A stretch of DNA of 64,000 nucleotides from Podarcis melisellensis (Eukaryota). Each line of letters starts with the position of its first letter. Within the stretch, counting starts at the first letter, position 1. Below the pieces are notes generated by a model, which was not told the DNA's origin, made no database searches, and worked only from the letters and a program-made list of their open reading frames with translations. Of the stretch, positions 27,610 through 40,927 are shown in pieces. Made by a program: the position numbers and the translations under genes. The stretch lies in the NCBI GenBank assembly GCA_964234715.1, contig OZ174284.1. One strand, 5' to 3'.

Positions 27610-28066
27610 AACACCAATCTTGGCGTGATTGTACTGGCTACCAATTAGCTTCAGGGCACAATTCAAAATGCTGGTTTTGACCTACAAAACCTTAAATGGC
27701 TGATAACCGTAATACCTCAAGGATCACATCTACCCATGCAAACAGAACCAGACCCTGCAATCATCATTTGAGGCCCTTCTCTGCGTGCCTCTTCTGTGAC
27801 AGTTCTGAAGGGTGGCAGCACGAGAATGGGCTTTTTCTGCGGTGGCTGCATGGTTGTGGAATGCTCTCCCCATGGGAGATGACCTTGCTCCTTCATTACA
27901 TATCTTTAGGTGCCAGGCAAAAACATTTCACTTCTCCCAGGCCTTTGTTTAATTAAACAATCTATGGCCTTTTAAACTGGGGTGGGGGAATTGTTTTTAT
28001 TTGTTGCTATGGTATGTATTTTTGTGTTTTTAAATTGTAAACCACTCTGTGATCCTCAGATGAAGG
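27610..28066 (+). mobile_element. L2 LINE 3' fragment ending in an (AAT)n tail
   Basis: Similar to 25100-25500 (CTGGCTACCAATT..TGCTGGTTTTGACCT..TGTGGAATGCTCTCCC). Confidence 0.7.

Positions 28067-28111
<45 letters not shown>
28067..28111. repeat. (AAT)n microsatellite (L2 tail)
   Basis: Seen directly. Confidence 0.95.
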
Positions 28112-29100
28112 GGCCTCAATTGTGTCAATGTGCACCAGTGTTTGATGTAATATGGCCCTGGGTGCTGCACCATAGAACATTAACTGACACTGATACACCT
28201 GATCTTCAGTGGCTCTTCCTTCAGTGTAGGATAATGGGATCAATCTATAAATATTTTCAGAGTGATGAATAGGCTTGCTTTTCTTCCTGTAGATAAATGG
28301 CACCTAATTGGAGACAGTTGCTATACATGTATAAAATAGAAATAAGCCTTTAGTTAAAGAGGATAAGCCATGCACTTCACGAAAATGCACTCCATTTTGA
28401 AGAATTCTGGCATTTCTTCTAGCTAGGTGAAATCTGTATGGGTGCCGAGAAACAAGGTGTGCTTTGTGTCAGTGCCCTTTTTAAAATTCAGCTCAGATAA
28501 ATTTCTCTGCTTTATTATGTCATGATTGGGGAATGTGAGTGTGCACGTAGAGCATTGACTAGTACCATGCTTAGTGATGCCTGGCCGTTTTCCTAGATAA
28601 AGTTATTAGTGATGAAAAGATGTTTGCCGTTCAGATGAAATGTGAATATCAACAACCTAGCATGCAGTGGAAATTTGAGGAAAGCAATGTTTTCTTCACT
28701 GTTTAAAGAATAGTAGAAGATTAATTAAATGAAAATACTTTTTAGTGTATACATTAAACCATTCTCTTCTGATCTCTTCTAAGTTAGCCACACCCAGCTG
28801 AAAGTGTATGCCAAAATCATGTGAATGGAAATTAACTACTTCTGGTAACAAAACCAGTTGTAGCAGATCTCTCCAGTACACAAGTAATTACATTAGTTTT
28901 CAGATACAGTACTGATTTTATGATTAGTGCCTTTCAAAACCAGGATGGTTTGTCATCTGTTTTTTAACATCCCCGTTAAGGTAGCTTGAGCTTCAAAAGT
29001 TTGAAAAAAAAGTTTATATGAAAGTTATAAAAGAATGGAAGAGAGTGATATGTACATTGATTCTTTTAGAGTAAGCATTCACATGAAAAAAGTGTTTTAT

Positions 29101-29111
29101 ATTATATATAT

Positions 29112-29168
<57 letters not shown>
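29101..29168. repeat. (TA)n microsatellite
   Basis: Seen directly; ends 33 nt upstream of the PHD exon acceptor. Confidence 0.95.
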
Positions 29169-29170
<2 letters not shown>

Positions 29171-29201
29171 AACCATCTACCTTCTAAATATCATTTTCCA
29201 G

Positions 29202-29431
29202 GACCATAACTATGGTGCTCGCCCTCCTCCAACACCTCCAGCGTCTCCTCCTCCATCAGTTCTTATAAGCAAGAATGAAGTAGGCATATATACTGCTCCA
29301 AATTTTGACGAGACCTCCAGTGCTACTACTATCAGCACTTCTGAGGATGGAAGCTATGGAACTGATATAACCAGGTGCATTTGTGGATTTACACATGATG
29401 ATGGATATATGATCTGTTGTGACAAATGCAG
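29202..29431 (+). CDS. KMT2E: KMT2E coding exon 3 (DHNY HCF1-binding motif; start of PHD finger [20 protein letters not shown])
   Basis: TTCCAG| acceptor, AG|GTAAAG donor; 230 nt. Confidence 0.95.
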
Positions 29432-30224
29432 GTAAAGTAGTGCCATATATGCAAACATTCTTAAATATTTTTCTTGTGTACTACTGAAATCAGCCCTTCT
29501 TGTCCCTAATTGCTTGGAGCCATTTCCTTCCTCAGGCCCTTCATAGGCATTGTAGGGCATTATGCAAATGTGGGAGAAAGAGAAACCATCACCATTTTGT
29601 TATTGTGATAGCTGCCATTTTGCCTTCAGGATGGAGAGGGGAGGTGACAGACCAGCCAAGCCAGCAAAGACTTTCTGCAAACGGGGGTCATACTAAGAAG
29701 GGTCACGGCTCACAAGTCATTGTTAACCCTGCAGAAGGGTAAGAGGGAGGACTTGGGTAGGAGGAGCTTGACCAACTGTTGGACGGGTTTTCTGGGCCAA
29801 GATTAATGCCATTGGTATTTCTGAGGAGGCGACACATGACTAAAAGGGGTGCATGGAAATATACCAACATGTGACATCAGTTTTAATTGGAAACCCTGGG
29901 GGGAAATGCAGTGTGTATTTTGGCTGCATTGTCCCTTGGAACTGCATTTGTTTAAGATTGCTAGACTGCTTTATGAACTGCTCTTATGAAGGAGAATTCA
30001 AAAAAAACATTTTGGAGTTTGGTTAGGGAAATTCTGTCATCCAAAGAGGTGCGTATGCACAGCTGAACTTGTTCACAACCGTGAAGTGACTTGTCTTTTT
30101 GAATGGTCATAATTTATATTTTTTAATATTGTTTGAGGTGGAGTAATAGGGTATGTTGATAAAGCAGTTTATTAAATGAGTGATCAGATAGTAGAATGGA
30201 GCTTTGGGGGGAAAGAACTTGTAG

Positions 30225-30398
<174 letters not shown>

Positions 30399-31752
30399 TA
30401 AGTCACCTGTGGTCAATTAAAAAACAACAACCCTGTTATTTGCATGAGGTTTGAAATTCATAGCTTGAATGTTGAAGTGACTGTTACATGTCATCTTCAT
30501 GTTGTTTGAGTAGCTGTTTAAAATTCCTAAACTGTATTGCTAAATTAATCATTAATAGAAATGGAATAATAGAAATAATAGACTTGGGCTACAACCTGGA
30601 AATAATAATTCATTGAATTAGCCGATAATGGTGGCTTCCCTGCCATAGGTTATAAAAGTGCCTTTGCCTAGCAGGAAAAAAAAGTGACTGCTTTTTCAAT
30701 GAATGAAGGCTATTTTGCTATCTTTAAAAGATACTTATCTCACTACACGAAACTATTATTGAAGATCACAGTAGATTTAATAAAATGAGAAAATCAGGTG
30801 TCCAAATGCAGGTGTGAAATAAGGTTTTTGCATGTAGGTCAACTGCTGAATGGGCAAAAATATGGGCCTAATGTTGGGGGAAAGCTGCAATCTTGTCCCC
30901 TCTTACATGGAAGTAAGACCCATTGACATGAATAAGTAAGACCTGAGCAGTCATGAATAGATAGGATTACACTGTTATAGTTCCACACAGGAGGTGATCG
31001 TATTTCAGCAATGCGTACCCAAATGCACAACATACAAGTAGCTTTCTGCTACTACTGTTCTCTGAATTGGAACCATTGGCAATCAACTGCCATTGCTCAG
31101 TATCTCATCTGAGGCATAGTTTTGATACCCGACTCCTTCCTCTGTCTTGGGACAACAAAAAGACATGCAATCCATGTGAGAAAGGGATTTGCTTGTTGCT
31201 GGCACTTGGAAGGGTGTGTTGAAAACAGCTCCAATAACAATAATTGGGGGTTGAATGAAGCAGCCATTCTGCAGCACAGTTTTTGTTGAATGGCTGAAAG
31301 CACCCTCTTGTTCACTTTCACCACTTATTTAATTCTTCCCTTTTCACAATAAAGTATTATTTATTTTATTTATATCATTTCTTCCCTGAATTTATGAGCC
31401 AGGAGAATCCCTAAGCTAAATGGTTCAGCAGTTTCTCCTCTTAACTATGAAACTGGAATACTGGAAGGGACTGCAATGTTTTGGTTCTGCTTTGTTTTGG
31501 TACAACTGTTTCATTCTGGGCTTTATACTAAATTGTAAAATTCCTAGAGCAGGGAACTCCTTGCTAGGGAGTTTAAATAGTTATTGCGAATATTGAAAAT
31601 GAATTTTCATACAACAATGAGTGGAAACAATCATTTTATATCTCTGATTATTCCATTTAATGTGTAGGAGCTATCTGTCAGAAAGTTTAGATGCTTCAGC
31701 AACAGAGTAACGTGTATTCAGTTTTATTTCCTTTTTTTCTTTTTGTCAACAG

Positions 31753-31811
31753 GAACTTAGATAAAGAGAGGGCAATGTTGCTGCAGCGTAGAAAAAGGGA
31801 AAATATGTCAG
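31753..31811 (+). CDS. KMT2E: KMT2E coding exon 5 (NLDKERAMLLQRRKRENMS)
   Basis: CAACAG| acceptor, G|GTAAGT donor; 59 nt. Confidence 0.95.
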
Positions 31812-31946
31812 GTAAGTAACAAAGTTCTTAAACTGAGATACAATTAGTGAGTGATTCTCCCAAAAGCTACTGACACAATGCTTTTGATTTACAGCCTTAT
31901 ACCATTCAAGTTACTGCCAGTGTTATTTTTCTTTTTAATTCTGTAG

Positions 31947-32073
31947 GAGAGCTAGGGTGGTGTAGTTGTTAGAGTGGCATACTTGGATCTGGGAGATCAG
32001 GGTTCAAATCCCCACTTGGCCATGAATCTTACTGGGTGATCTTGCCTCTCAGCCTAACCTACCTCATAGGGTT
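31947..32073 (+). mobile_element. tRNA-derived SINE (Squam3-like), 3' truncated
   Basis: Colinear with 14329-14455. Confidence 0.7.
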
Positions 32074-32095
32074 CCAGTCCAAATCTTTATTATGG

Positions 32096-32165
32096 CCATA
32101 GACCAGCATAAGGCTTGTAGTTATGCACTTCCATAGACCAGCATAAGGCTTGTAGTTATGCACTT
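32096..32165. repeat. Perfect 35-bp tandem duplication
   Basis: CCATAGACCAGCATAAGGCTTGTAGTTATGCACTT x2. Confidence 0.95.
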
Positions 32166-33214
32166 CCACAGACTATTAACCATATTTTGATTACTTTGAT
32201 TCCCAGAGGTTCAAAGTGGACATAAAGAAGTTGAGACCACATGGTTACAGTTGTTTGGATGGTGGAGGAAAAAAATCGGTGTTAGATTTTTGAGAGTTCA
32301 CTTGGTGAGATAAGCCACATGTTAGGCGATCTAGCCTGAAATCTGAGAACAAATAAAACCTATATTTATGTTTGAGACGCAAGCAGCCATTTACGCACAT
32401 GAAAGGGGGCAGTGCTTGCATGCCTTTCTGTTTGGCTTTTACTGCCACCATTCCCACAGTCTGTGAAGCAACCAGTGTTTAGAAGAGGTTAGTGACTTGC
32501 TTGCTTGCAAAGGCTTTAGCACCAAACGCTGCAGCTGTAGATGTCACTTCATTGCCTATTCTAGATGGCTAAATAATAAAACAGTGAATAAAACAGTGCT
32601 TCAGGTGGTTACCAGGCCAGAAAAAATGCCACCCACTTCAGAAAAGGCTTATTAGCTAACAGTTTTCACATAATATTAGCATATTTCCAGGAATGGTTTT
32701 AGTCTTATTAATCCTTATTTATTATTACTGAAATGCTTCTCAAGGTCAATTTGTGTCATCATTTTTGTATTCAGTTTTTTTCTTTCATAAATTTATACTG
32801 ACAAATTGATGCACACTGAGTATAAAACCCTTCTTGCAACCTAATATGTATTTTATTATGTTGTACATTGTGGATTAAGCAAATATAAGTAAATGAATTT
32901 CTTATCCAAGCTTTGATTTGATTTAATGCCTTTGGATATCTTGTAATACTTTTGGAAAAACATAAGCTCCCCTAGTTAATTAGATTACTTGAGTAATCTA
33001 ATGCAAAACTGGTGTGGTGTTCCCATCCCCCAAAACCTGAACATGTAAATATAAATTTTACTGTCATTTAGTTACCAGTTTTATTACCATTTCCGTAATA
33101 TTATTTCCATAAATTGGTAATTGTATGTAAATATTTTTGGCAGTTCAGGGACATGCATTCATTATTGAAACAGTTTATAAGATATATTTCCTGGCTTCCT
33201 TTTTCTTTTTAAAG

Positions 33215-33387
33215 ATGGGGATACCAGCGCAACAGAAAGTGGTGATGAAGTTCCTGTAGAACTATATACTGCTTTTCAACACACACCAACTACAATTACT
33301 CTGACTGCTACACGAGTTACCAAGGTCACAGATAAGAAACGGAAAAAAAGTGGGGAGAAAGAACAAAACATTGCAAAATGTAAAAAA
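33215..33387 (+). CDS. KMT2E: KMT2E coding exon 6 ([24 protein letters not shown]...KCKK)
   Basis: TTTAAAG| acceptor, |GTAAGT donor; 173 nt. Confidence 0.95.
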
Positions 33388-33589
33388 GTAAGTTAATTCA
33401 ATTTTCAATTTCTTGTTATGTTTTTGGAGGTTCATTGTGTTTGAAATTTTTTCTTTCTATTTGAAATAAATCTGGATCATTGCTCTTGAAGGAGCACAGT
33501 CATTCTCCAATGGGGTTTGGAGAATTCAGAGGCATCTCAGTAACAGAGAATGGGCTATTGCAGAGTAGGACTGAAGGATGATGATGATA

Positions 33590-33717
33590 AATTCATTATT
33601 TATACCCCGCCCATCTGGCTGGGTTTCCCCAGCCACTCTGGGCAGCTTCCAACAAAATGTTAAAAATACAATAAAACGTCAAACATTAAAAACTTCCCCA
33701 AACAGGGCTTCCTTCAG
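33590..33717 (-). mobile_element. L2 LINE extreme 3' end, antisense
   Basis: Reverse complement of 25390-25510; a shorter related piece lies at ~55510-55542. Confidence 0.75.
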
Positions 33718-34101
33718 GAGGAAGCAGGAACAGAAGACTATTGAGATAAGAAAGTATAGAGAGGCAACACCCATGGCAAAACGAACAGCAAAAAGAAGGT
33801 GGTATTCAAGACCCAGGAAAGAAAGATGGAAGAGAAACTGGGGCAGGCTTCTAAATTACACCACACCCATTTCCATAATTTGGTGGGCATCTCCTTCCCT
33901 CCCCCCAGTTTATAATAAAGATGAAGTGGTCATATAGAACACAGCATTAAGGTTTTGTGCTACTGGTTAAAAAGCACATAGGTGAAGGAAAACTTCTGGA
34001 TTTGTTTTCACAAACAACATTTTCTATTCTGCAAGATAAAAGATTTTTGTGAAATGAATTTTAAATGCTCGTACAAACTGACATTTTAAATTATATTACA
34101 G

Positions 34102-34140
34102 GCTTTTCGCGAAGGTTCCAGGAAGTCTTCAAGAGTAAAG
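34102..34140 (+). CDS. KMT2E: KMT2E coding exon 7 (AFREGSRKSSRVK)
   Basis: TTACAG| acceptor, AAG|GTAAAA donor; 39 nt. Confidence 0.93.
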
Positions 34141-34409
34141 GTAAAACTTTTGTGCTAAATTCTTGCTGCTGTTTGGTTTCAAACAATGAACCATAAATTG
34201 GTCATCCATTTTGTCCATTATTATAGGGGATTCAGAAGAGTCAGGGGGATGGTTCACAATTCCTGCCTTTCAAAAAGTAATGCTCAAAGTGGTGATTCAT
34301 GAAAGCACTAAAACCATAATAACAACTGTATAAAAGCAAGCGGCAAATAAAATAACAACAAATGTCCCAAAGATCTACAACACAGTTACAGCAGCAGAAT
34401 ATCCAGAAG

Positions 34410-35400
34410 ATAGCTAAAAAGCATACTAATGAGCTTCAGGCAGCTTTGTTGCAGTATAGATAAATTGCTTTCTTTAAAAAGGAAGGTTTTCATCTTGCAG
34501 CAAAGCCCAGTAGAAAGTGGGCCTTCCAAAGAATGAAATTTGAGTCCTGAAGTGCTCAGGGGCACTGTCTGATTCTTGGGGTCGTTGACCTGTGGGATGC
34601 CTGGTTTATCCTCCAGAAGACTCCATTTCTTGTCTAGGCATGACAGTATCCTCATCCTAAACAGTAAAGGACTTTAAAGGTTATTCCCACACATTCAGTT
34701 GGGCCCAGAAACAAATTCGAGGCTATTAACAAAGTAGTTGCATGCCTCTGATACCTAGCACCAGTCAGCAATTTGGCCACCACATTCTGGATCAGCTGCA
34801 GTTTCTGGACGCTCTTGGACATCATTATTACAGCAGAGCAGATGTGATGCAAGGAAGGCATGTTTCACCATGGCCATACTTGGTTTTCTAGAACGGACAC
34901 TGCTGATGCACCAGCATAAACTGAGCAGAAGCATTCCTGGTTGCCACTGTCACTTGGACGTCCATGCTCAAAGTGGGACCCAGGAGCGCTCCCAGATTGT
35001 GAATTTGACTTTTCGAGGAGTGATTCCCCCATGCAGTAAGCATTAAACTCCTATTCCTAGATTGACATTCTTAACTGATCTGGAGCACCTCTGTCTTGCC
35101 TGGATTAAATGTCAGTCTGTTTGCCATCATCCAGTCCTTTACTGACGTTGATTGCAATTCATGTCCACAACCTAGGACTAGGTGAAAAGGAGAATTAAAG
35201 TTAAGCGCTAGGCAAATACTAATGGCATTGCACTCTTAGCTCCTAACAACCTTTCTCAGCAGTTTTCTGTTGATGTTAAACTGCCTTGAGTGACAATAGA
35301 ACACCGAGAGAAGTCAGTATCCAAGGAATCCAAAAGGAATCTATCCCCTGGGACCCACCATAAAATAGTTCAACACAATCCCATGCTGGCCAGTGCATCC
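34410..35400 (-). mobile_element. Degenerate L2 LINE, antisense
   Basis: Minus-strand ORF contains KSVQKLQLIQNVVAKLLTGA (L2 ORF2 motif); boundaries approximate. Confidence 0.65.
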
Positions 35401-35639
35401 AGAAGGCAACAGAATGCTCACCATGGTGCAGGTGGCAAGTGAAACTAAGGCAGTCAGCTTTGTTTTCAGTTTAGTAACGGGTGTCTAGTGTCAAATTAGC
35501 TACTAAGAATTATAAGCTGACTTGCTGTTCCTTAACTGAGTAGCATGGGGATTTAAATAGCTAATTTCTTCATACAAATGCATACTGAACTTAGCATTCA
35601 GGAGTTATGTGTCTGTTCTATCCATCTTAATTATACCCT

Positions 35640-35830
35640 ACACTTCTCATCCAAGGCCCAACTCCCCAAGAGGTTCGGACAGTGGCTGCAAGAGAAAGGG
35701 CCTTTTCCGTGGTGGCTCTCCAGCTGTGGAATGCTCTCCCCAGAGAGGCTTACTTGCTGCCATCGTTACATGTCTTTAAGTGCCAGACAAAACCAATCCT
35801 CTTCATCCATGCCTTTAGCAATTAAACAAA
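35640..35830 (+). mobile_element. L2 3' fragment
   Basis: Similar to 27780-27960 (GGGCCTTTTC.GTGGTGGC..CTGTGGAATGCTCTCCC). Confidence 0.65.
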
Positions 35831-35985
35831 CAATAGCCTGTTAAAGCTGTTGGTGGGGGACTGTTACTATGATTTTTTTACACATTTGATCAATTTACAA
35901 ATTGATTAGCTAATTATTTGGCTGCAGAGTTTTAGTTTCATACCAGACATCTTGTCTAATTTTATATATCTTAACTGCGGTTTAG

Positions 35986-36198
35986 GGCTCAGCTCCAGAG
36001 ATTGATCCTTCTGAGAGTTCCAACTTTGGATGGGAAACTAAAATCAAGGCATGGATGGATCGTTATGAGGAAGCAAACAACAACCAGTACAGCGAAGGTG
36101 TTCAAAGAGAGGCACAAAGAATAGCTTTGAGATTAGGAAACGGAGATGACAAAAAAGAAGTGATCACCAGCAACTCAGTCTTCAAACCTCCAGTAGAG
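35986..36198 (+). CDS. KMT2E: KMT2E coding exon 8 (GSAPEIDPS...[30 protein letters not shown]...FKPPVE)
   Basis: TTTAG| acceptor, GAG|GTAAGT donor; 213 nt; overlaps ORF 36055..36348. Confidence 0.95.
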
Positions 36199-36903
36199 GT
36201 AAGTGAAAATACATTCAATGCAACACCAGTCTTTTATAATAACTACATAGCACTCAGATTTTCCATTTCTCTAAGCAGAAACACAGTTCAATATGTTGAT
36301 ACCACATCTCCTGTATTTTTAGTACAGGAAAACCTCCTTGTTTATTGATTTTACATTCTGAATTACTCAACAGTTAATGAGGACCAGGTTACCGGTTATG
36401 ACCATCAATTTTCAACATTTTGAATTTAATTGTCAGATCACTACTGCAGATGTATATTTTCAGCTTTCCTGTTAAAATTTATTTTTTAAACAATGTAGCA
36501 ATTTGAGATAATCTAAATTACTCAAGTCTACCCGCAGAACAGCTGCAATGCCAGCTAAAACCCATCCCTTCCATTGCCAGCTTCCCCACAAAAGCTTCTC
36601 CAGGGGGTAAGGGGGCCTTGCTGAATAGGCTGGACTGTGGTTAGTAGAAAGGGGGATCCCCAAAAAGCACTAAGATACACATTTACAGTTCAGGATGCTG
36701 ATCAATATGTAGCTATACAATACTAAGATGGTTCTGGAATGAGCTGCTTTGTGCCGGGAGGAAGTCCAGACAGTATTTGATTCAGTGCTAGCTTTTAGGG
36801 CTGCTGTTAGATACATGGACATGGCTTCCCTTAACATTATTAACAATTTAAATGTAAATAGGAGAAAATAGACTCTTTTGGTTGCTGTTACCTAGTGGGT
36901 ACA

Positions 36904-37247
36904 GGGACACGGGTGGCACTGTGGGTTAAACCACAGAGCCTAGGACTTGCTGATCAGAAGGTCGGCGGTTCGAATCCCCTCAACGGGGTGAGCTCTCGTT
37001 GCTCGGTCCCAGCTCCTGCCAACCTAGCAGTTCAAAAGCACGTCAAAGTGCAAGTAGATAAATAGGTACCGCTCCGGCGGGAAGGTAAACGGCGTTTCCG
37101 TGCGCTGCTCTGGTTCGCCAGAAGCGGCTTAGTCATGCTGGCCACATGACCTGGAAGCTGGCTCCCTCAGCCAGTAAAGCAAGATGAGCACTGCAACCCC
37201 AGAGTCGGCCACGGCTGGACCTAATGGTCATGTGTCCCTTTACCTTT
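36904..37247 (+). mobile_element. Sauria (Squam1) SINE, near full length
   Basis: tRNA-like head with A/B boxes (GTGGCACTGTGGG, GGTTCGAATCC), ACCTTT tail; TSD TTACCTAGTGGG. Confidence 0.9.
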
Positions 37248-39421
37248 TTACCTAGTGGGGTAGCTTTGCTATGCATTTTTGTATTTTTATGTCTTGGGAA
37301 GCAGTTTAATGATTGCAGTTGCCTCAACTTCAAATTTTTACTCTCCTCTCCTCCACTGTTAACTCCAGTGGAACTTTACACCTGTATTCTGATGCAGTAC
37401 AGTTACTGTCACTTCAACCAAAATTTTAAGTAAGTAATGAAGGCAAAAGCATATTTCTTCCAAAATGTGTTTTTATGTATCAAATTTGCCAGTTACAGAA
37501 TGGAACAAATTACGTTTATGAAAAGAGAAAAACTGCCACGAGTTAACTTTTGATGAAAAATCCTGTTACTTATTATGGAAAGGTAGTTAAGGTTATTTAG
37601 TCAAATATGCCAACTAATAAGTAGGGTTATATTCCTTGGTGTCCTGGGCAGTCCACTTCTTTATTCAGAAAAACGAGTTTAATGATGTGTACAGGAAAAT
37701 AACAAAACAGTGTCCATAGATCTGACTCAATTTGAACAGCTTCCATTTCCTCTTTGATACAATGTTTACTCTTGGTAACACAATTAGCCAAATCATCTTG
37801 TGTGGTCTTGGAAGATCCAGTTTGACTCTTAGTAAAAATAAAATGTAGAGACTGTTTACCCTATTCTTAATTTTTTGTACACATCTTTTAAAACAAAAGG
37901 GAACACAGTCTCTGTCTTTTAAACATCTAGGTATTATAGAAAAATGTTCAAGTACAAGTACTAATTTCTTAAAGTAAAATACCCCTTTAATATATCATTA
38001 CAACTTCCATTCAGAGAGAATATTAATACTTTAAAAGGATACAAATTGGCGCTTTACTGCCTTTACTGAACTTTTAGCCCAAGGAAGCAATTTCTAAATC
38101 CTCTGTTGTTCTGATTATCAGTACACATCTGGCCATTAAATCCTTATAAAGAAAAGTGCATCATCTAATTTAACTATAATATTAACAAGGACAATTATTT
38201 CCAGTATAAACAAAAAGTAAAATGTAAACTACTGTAATCTGTTAGGTACTGTAAATGTCCCAACATTTCCATTTTTCCAGCACCCCATTCTTTACACATA
38301 CTGGCAAATAAGGAGGCAATTTGTATACTTTGTACTCCGTATGCTATACCAGTACGCTGAAAAAGTGCATTGTTTGATCAATGGCAAACATGGAGATAGT
38401 CACATCACCTAATAATGTATAGTTGTTCCATTCATTGTGTGCTTGTGGTTTACCAATGGCCGCCGCTTAAGAACTGACTAGAAAGTTCCTGTCCCTGTGT
38501 GGCTTTTGTACCACCTAGATGTTAGGTTAATCCACCTTGAAAATGTCATGTGGTATTACCCCCAAACCCTGAGCAAATAATTTGTCAGTAGGTTGCAAGA
38601 GAGAGTAGACTACAAAATGGCACCATCAGCCGACTGTCGTGCAGTCTATGGAAGGAATCTGCAAGCTGTTTGATAAATTAATGTTGTTAGAGAGAGACTA
38701 AGCATAAAGGAAAAGTTACATTCTCAGATCTTGTAATAAGAAGCATCTTTGCTTCTTTCCCTCTAGCATCAGCATGGCGCACGTGACGCACTCCTTGGAG
38801 GAATGTCCCTGCTTGCAGAGACCTTCGCCTAGATATAGGCCAATTCTCTTTTGCTCAGAAGTGACACAATTACAAGAGGTGTGAGTTCCTTAGTTGTTGT
38901 GTCAAGAGTACAGTAAGATTTTGCTTAGAAAGGTGTATTCCCACCTGAGGCTATTGAAATGCACCAGAAGTTTCCTTTTCCTAGAAATCAGCATGTTGAC
39001 ATTTTCATCAAAATGCCTTTTACTTGGCATCTGTCCTTCTGCTCTCGCCAGCAGATTAGAGAAAAGACTGCATATTTCGTGTGTTGTCATTACTTGCGCA
39101 CACCAGTTTCTAGCCTTTTTAACCAGAGGGTTTGAAACATCTTTTGAGGAAGGGGTTCCCTAATATACTTTGAAAGACTTGTATTGGTTCTCATTTTTTA
39201 GATACTGTGGTGTCGTTGTTTTCCCCAAAATGTAAAATTGTCTACATAAATATAAGACTGAATTTTATGATAGGAATAAAGTCAATTAGCTTTTAAAAAG
39301 AAAGAATATCATTGAAATTACCAAGTTGCTCCTTAAAGTTGTATGTTATAATCTGGTTTCTTAATAGCACTAATGCAATCAGCTTAATTAGATTTCTTAC
39401 ATTTTTCTTTTCTTCTTCTAG

Positions 39422-39586
<165 letters not shown>

Positions 39587-40534
39587 TGATCCTACAGTTA
39601 TTCTTTTGTTTTTCTCTCAGCTTCTGTCAAATCTTGCATTTTTATTGCCCTGAGAATGCAACTGCGCCTTCTGGTCTTTCATTACTTCACAGCACAGTTT
39701 TGCCTCACCCAGTCTTTTCCGTGTTTCTCACTTCAGCTCTTTGTCATTAGACTTCAGCTGGCTGCCATCTTCTGAGCCCTCCTCTTTCAGTTTACTTCAT
39801 TCATTCTTCTTCTTTTTGCCTGGTACCCTTACATAATTCCCTTGTCTTTTGCCATATATCTCTCCCCTTTCAAGATGATAATGACTGTTCAGAAGAAACT
39901 AATTGCCTAGTTAATGCTGCGCTTTAACACTGAACAAGGTAGGAAGGAAAGGTTACTTCAGAGAATAAGAACTGGCATCAGGGACCCTCACTGCCCCCTA
40001 GTGTGCCATATTGCATGAGCTGGCAGTGATCCTCACAGGGATTAACACAGTTCCCTTGTGGGTCTCATACACTTAGAAAAGCCCTTGATGGGGAAGCACA
40101 TATGTCTTTGTACTTGCCTACAGTCTCGACATGTTACATTGCTTTTTGTCTATTTAAACAGGTACATCTTCCTGTATCTAGCATTCAAGCACGTAGGAAT
40201 ACACAAAGCTTTCTTCCCTTGTCCAATGGGAAGTGGCTTCATGCTTCCTCCTTTACAAGGCCACACACATTTAGGATGCTCTATAATAGTGATTTTCTTT
40301 CCTTGCCTAAGATTTTAAGGTTGAAGCAGTCTGTATAAAACAATGTCCTAGTGGAAATGTAATGTTTGAAAGCATAGCAGCTAAAAGTGGGGACGTAAAA
40401 GCTAAACAGAGCTCCAAAACTGCCTCCTTTAAAATCTCTGACTCTATCTACTTTGGCTCTTCCTCTAAAGCGTTTCTGTCTTTACCATATTGGCCTTCCT
40501 CATCAAGTTGATAGTCTGCTACAAATAAAGATGC

Positions 40535-40927
40535 AGGACATGGATGGTGCTGTGGTCTAAACCACCAAGCCTCTTGGTCTTGCCAGTCAGAAGGTTGGCA
40601 GTTTGAATCCCTGCAATGGAGTGAGCTCTCACTGCTCTGTCCCAGCTCCTGCCAACCTAGCAGTTCGAAAGCATGCCAGTGCAAGTAGATAAATAGGTAC
40701 TGCTGTGACAGGAAAGTAAACAACATTTCCGTGTGCTCTGGCTTCCATCACTGCGTTCTGATGCACCAGAAGCAGTTTAGTCATGCTGGCCACATGACCT
40801 GGAAAGCTGTTTGTGGACAAACACTGGCTCCCTCAGCCTGAAAGCAAGATGAGCACTGCACCCCATAGTCAACTTTGACTTTGACTGGACTTAATCGTCC
40901 GGGGTCCTTTATCTTACCTTTACCTTT
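40535..40927 (+). mobile_element. Sauria SINE, more diverged copy
   Basis: Colinear with the 36904 copy; ACCTTT tail; TSD TACAAATAAAGA. Confidence 0.88.

Noticed and set aside
32096-32165. 35-bp direct repeat resembling a CRISPR repeat
   Set aside because: Two adjacent copies with no spacer in a vertebrate intron; a simple tandem duplication.
36199-36348. ORF read-through past coding exon 8
   Set aside because: The donor is a perfect GAG|GTAAGT and the extension is ordinary intron sequence.
36904-36980. tRNA-like A/B boxes suggesting tRNA genes (also at 54361 and 14329)
   Set aside because: These are SINE heads followed by SINE bodies and tails (with TSDs for the Sauria copies), not complete cloverleaf tRNAs.
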